Origin: Eledone cirrhosa
Lineage: Eukaryota
NCBI GenBank assembly: GCA_964016885.1
Contig: OZ024743.1
Coordinates: forward strand, 260,028,001-260,092,000
DNA: 64,000 nucleotides
Reading direction: 5' to 3'
Shown: in pieces, positions 60,520 through 64,000 of the stretch
Layout: the number at the start of each line of letters is the position of its first letter
How positions within the stretch are numbered: the stretch's first letter is position 1
Position numbers and translations under genes: made by a program
Notes under the pieces: model-generated
Seen by the model: the letters and a program-made list of their open reading frames with translations, nothing else
Databases searched by the model: none
Told to the model about the DNA's origin: nothing

Positions 60520-60935
60520 TAATGGCTTCCCCCCTCGTTATCGAGTATGTCCATGGCACGATGTAACATTATTAATAAATATTAATTAATTCTGTTAACT
60601 TTGCCTTTCATCCTTACTGGGTCGATAAAATAAAGTACCAGTAATCTACTGGGTAATTGCTGGCCTTGTGTCAAAAGTAAAAACAATTAATTACTTCTAT
60701 CGTGCAATGCCTGTGCGTGCAGATATTTTATAAAGTGAGGAAAGACTGTGCACTGAGCCAATCCCACTCTCTGGTTGACAGTAGTCCGAAAAGAAGAAAA
60801 GATCAACATCATCGGTAACTACTGAGCCGTAGGTTTTATATCGGAGTTATCCCAGTTTCCTGAGTTGCCTTTTCCTAGAAGAATGCCCTGACAAAGGCTA
60901 GGGTCCTTCACTCCAAGTGGTTTAACCGCGTGGTA
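60520..60935. repeat. Unclassified dispersed repeat, diverged copy 2, interrupted by a SINE
   Basis: Colinear motifs with 59873-60280; ends at the (CATA)n run 60936-61016. Confidence 0.65.
60594..60693 (+). mobile_element. SINE 3' portion, same family as 42880-42997
   Basis: TTAACTTTGCCTTTCATCCTTACTGGGTCGATAAAATAAAGTACC...CTGGGTAATTGCTG.CCTTGTG.CAAAAGTA is nearly identical between the two sites. Confidence 0.8.
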
Positions 60936-61016
60936 CATACATACATGCATACATACATACATACATACATACATACATACATACATACATACATACATAC
61001 ATACATACATACATAC

Positions 61017-61514
61017 AAGAATATATTGAGGCAGATGGCACTAAGGAATACTGGTGGAACCTGAAAATAAAAACTGCCACCAAATTAAAGCACAACCGGC
61101 CTGATATTGATTTGGGACCACACATTGAAAACATGTTCTTTTGTGGAGATCAGCTGCCCACTTGTGGTAAACGTTGTCAGAAAAATACAGGAGAAGGAGG
61201 ACATCTACGGACCATTGATGAGGAGTTTACAAATCCAATATCCAAGATACACCTTTAGCTTCATACCCATCATTATTGGAACTACGGGTTATATACCAAC
61301 CCACTTGGACCAAAATATGACTGAACTTGGATTTGCGGACAAAGAGCACAGCTCCCTAATTCATAGTCTACAAATGGCTGCGATAGCTGGCACCTTCAAA
61401 ATTTGCAAAACATTCTTGCGATTCAAGGGATGACAATTTCTTTTCTTTTACAACCTTGCCACCAGGAAGGTAGCCGGTCAAAAGAATATACTCGAAATTA
61501 AGAGAAAGAGATAA
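61017..61514 (+). mobile_element. 3' fragment of a second R4/Dong-like element (REL endonuclease C-terminus + 3' UTR)
   Basis: EYWWNLKIKTATKLKHNRPDI, then after a frameshift IWDHTLKTCSFVEISCP...KEDIYGPL...FIPIIIGTTG...LQMAAIAGTFKICKTFL. This is a PD-(D/E)xK-type motif. Flanked by (CATA)n on both sides. Confidence 0.8.
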
Positions 61515-61679
61515 CATACATGTATACATACATATATACATACATACATACATACATATATACATACATACATGCATACATACGTACATATATACATACA
61601 TACGTACATGCATACGGTTTCCTTGGAGTTAAATGACTGACAGAGCAAGACTCCCTCCTGTTTAACTCCCATTTACTGC

Positions 61680-61822
61680 TAGTACTAACTCTCAGCTGAG
61701 TGTACTGGAGCAACGTAAAATGAAGTGTTTTGCTCAAGAAAATGACGCAGCAACCTCTCCAGGAATTGAACCAGCGACATTATGATCGTAAGTTCAACAC
61801 CTTAACAAATAGGCCATGCACT
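61680..61822 (-). mobile_element. tRNA-derived SINE (central TTGAGCAA.ACACTT motif type)
   Basis: The minus strand has A-box-like TGGCCTATTTG and B-box-like GGTTCAATTCC, followed by TTCTTGAGCAAAACACTTCATTTTACGTTGCTCCAGT. Confidence 0.7.
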
Positions 61823-62189
61823 TTGATATGTGTGTGAGAGAGAGAGAGAGCTCAATATGCATACATAACATGCATATATGCATACAAACAAGAATTATAA
61901 GGTGAAAATACCTGAGGAATACGCTCTACATAATGTCTATGCATCCAAATAGGATCTCACAATCTTAATAAAGCGAGTACCAAACATTTCATTCACTAAC
62001 ACTATCCTCACAATTTCAGGACTGGAATTCTCTTTATGGATATTCAGCTGATAAAATACATGAAAGAAAGATATTTCTATCAGCTGGAACCGAACCAAGT
62101 CCTTTGGAACAAATTAAGTCATTTCTGAAGGAAATAGACCTTTTCCATAAGCCATAGATGTGTGTGTGTGTGTGTGTGTCTGTGTGTGT

Positions 62190-62226
<37 letters not shown>

Positions 62227-62864
62227 TTGATAACTATGTAAAGAAAATTACACTTCTGTATGCAAGTAGATACTAACCTTCGACATTTACAGACTAACAA
62301 TGTATGCATCTTGTGTAAAACAAGTTGTTTAATCTATCATAATTCACGGTTATTTAATCATTAATTCCTCAATAATTAAGAATGCTATCGATCTATTGCT
62401 ATCGTGGTCTCTAGCAACAATTTTACAAAGTGTGAGATGAATCAACTGATGAATAGTTTGGTGATCAGGAATAATGTAATGGACTTCCAGCAGTGTCGAA
62501 TTTGTTTGATATTAGAGCTGTCTATTTTACGCCAGGGGAATTGTTACGTTTCTAGACATTCAAAAGTAGAATACTTATTGATCCCAGCAAACCCAACCCA
62601 TCAGACATAATAGTAATTCTTTACTTGCCTATATAATTCCGAAATATTCTTGACATAGTCCAATATATTCTTCTTGTACTACGTGCAGAGAATTGTGATA
62701 ATGTTTATAGAGACGATTAAAAATAAAGCTCTCCGGACAGTGAAGATTATCTTGACATTAATGCAAGGTTGACCTTAATTTTATATACATGTTTCAAAGA
62801 TAAAGTACAATTATGCAGATTAAATATTATTAAATTAAAGTATTTCTTTTATTCTACTTAAAGA

Positions 62865-62920
62865 CAGGTGGCTTAGTTGTTAGGCTGTTGGACACACGAT
62901 CATAAGTTTCGTTGGTCCTA
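62865..62920 (+). mobile_element. Probable SINE tRNA-like head remnant
   Basis: GGTGGCTTAGTTGTTAGG...ACGATCATAAG resembles the head of the 61680-61822 SINE (ACGATCATAA is shared). Confidence 0.4.
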
Positions 62921-63149
62921 TCTGACAATCGACTCCTTGTACTGACACCGCTCTGTGCCATACAATACATCAGTCTGTCCACATTTGCCAAGATTTCTGG
63001 TTTGAGATGTAGCATATTACATGGGAAAATGTTGCTAGCTCCTCGCTCAATAATCCTGCATTTTTTGGCAGCAAGGGATACTATTATCAGACCTCTATAA
63101 ACCTCTTACAACACAGCTTAACCAATTTTGTGGAAAAGAAAACAGAAAG

Positions 63150-63305
63150 AGTCGATTTCAGTCGCTACCTGATACATTATTTACGCACCACGCCAGAATG
63201 AAAACAGTGTTGACGTCGCTGAGACTCGAACTCAAAAGCTGCATGTCACAATATGCTGGAAACATTGCCACCAGGCATTTGTCCAACGCTGTAACGAATC
63301 TGCCA
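63150..63305 (-). mobile_element. Highly diverged SINE copy related to 42880-42997
   Basis: On +, GAATGAAAACAGTGTTGAC..CTCGAACTC resembles the reverse complement of the GTTC.AA..CTTTCATCC segment, and TAACGAATCTGCCA corresponds to an A-box-like head. Confidence 0.45.
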
Positions 63306-63609
63306 AGCGACTGACTAAAGTAAATTATATATTTCTGACAGTTCCATCTACATAAATGGAAATTTACTAAGATCTTTTGTTATTTGTGACATTTTGAACT
63401 TACAACATACAGGCAAAGAATGGGGACGCCAGCCAATGCTCCACTCCTCCCCCTCCACCACTATACACACATACTTGCACACAAACATACTCTCACACAC
63501 ACAATCCTTGGAAAATTGCCCGTCATTTATTAAATATACATGCTCACACACATGCACACATACAAATATATACAGAGGAAGAGAGAGGTAGATAGATTGA
63601 TATTGATCT

Positions 63610-63612
<3 letters not shown>

Positions 63613-63675
<63 letters not shown>

Positions 63676-63890
63676 GTGCATATATGTATGTATATGTTTA
63701 TATATATATATATGTGTGTGTGTGTGTATGTATATATATATATATATATACACATATATATATACATACACACGTGTGTACATATGCATATATATTTGTT
63801 TGTATATATATATATGTATGTATGTATGTATGAATATCATATACATGCATATGTATACATGTGTGTATGTGTATATGTGTGTGTGTGGAG
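63613..63890. repeat. (TA)n/(TG)n/(TATG)n compound microsatellite
   Basis: Direct reading. Confidence 0.95.
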
Positions 63891-64000
63891 AGAGAGGAAA
63901 CCACACCTGTCAAGATAGTCTACATATAGGTGGTAAAACCAAGAAACATAACATACCACTCAGGCTTATCAGATGGTATATACAATCACTGTTGGATGTG

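Noticed and set aside
63035-63105. Minus-strand YRGLIIVSLAAKKCRIIE, faintly like a LINE RT motif
   Set aside because: A single short motif with no supporting neighbours.

Overview
This is eukaryotic, repeat-dominated DNA with no confidently identifiable host gene. The SINE motifs and (TATG)n/(TA)n/(CA)n density suggest a mollusc, probably an octopus (inference from recall, not a search). Bases 1-~42,878 are a single tandem array of roughly 900 copies of a 48-bp unit, AGT AAC ACC AAC ATT ACC AAC ACG ATC ATC AGC ACT AAC AAC AAC ACC. Every triplet starts with A, four of six frames are open, and kb-scale duplications are visible. The remaining ~21 kb holds tRNA-type SINEs, RTE and CRE LINE fragments, a hAT MITE with TSDs, and a second unrelated 48-bp minisatellite. 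It also holds a cluster of non-LTR elements bounded by microsatellites: two Tx1/L1-like copies and an R4/Dong-like element at (ATT)n runs, and another REL-endonuclease fragment plus a hairpin-headed repeat at (CATA)n runs. Most ORFs in the supplied track are by-products of repeats.
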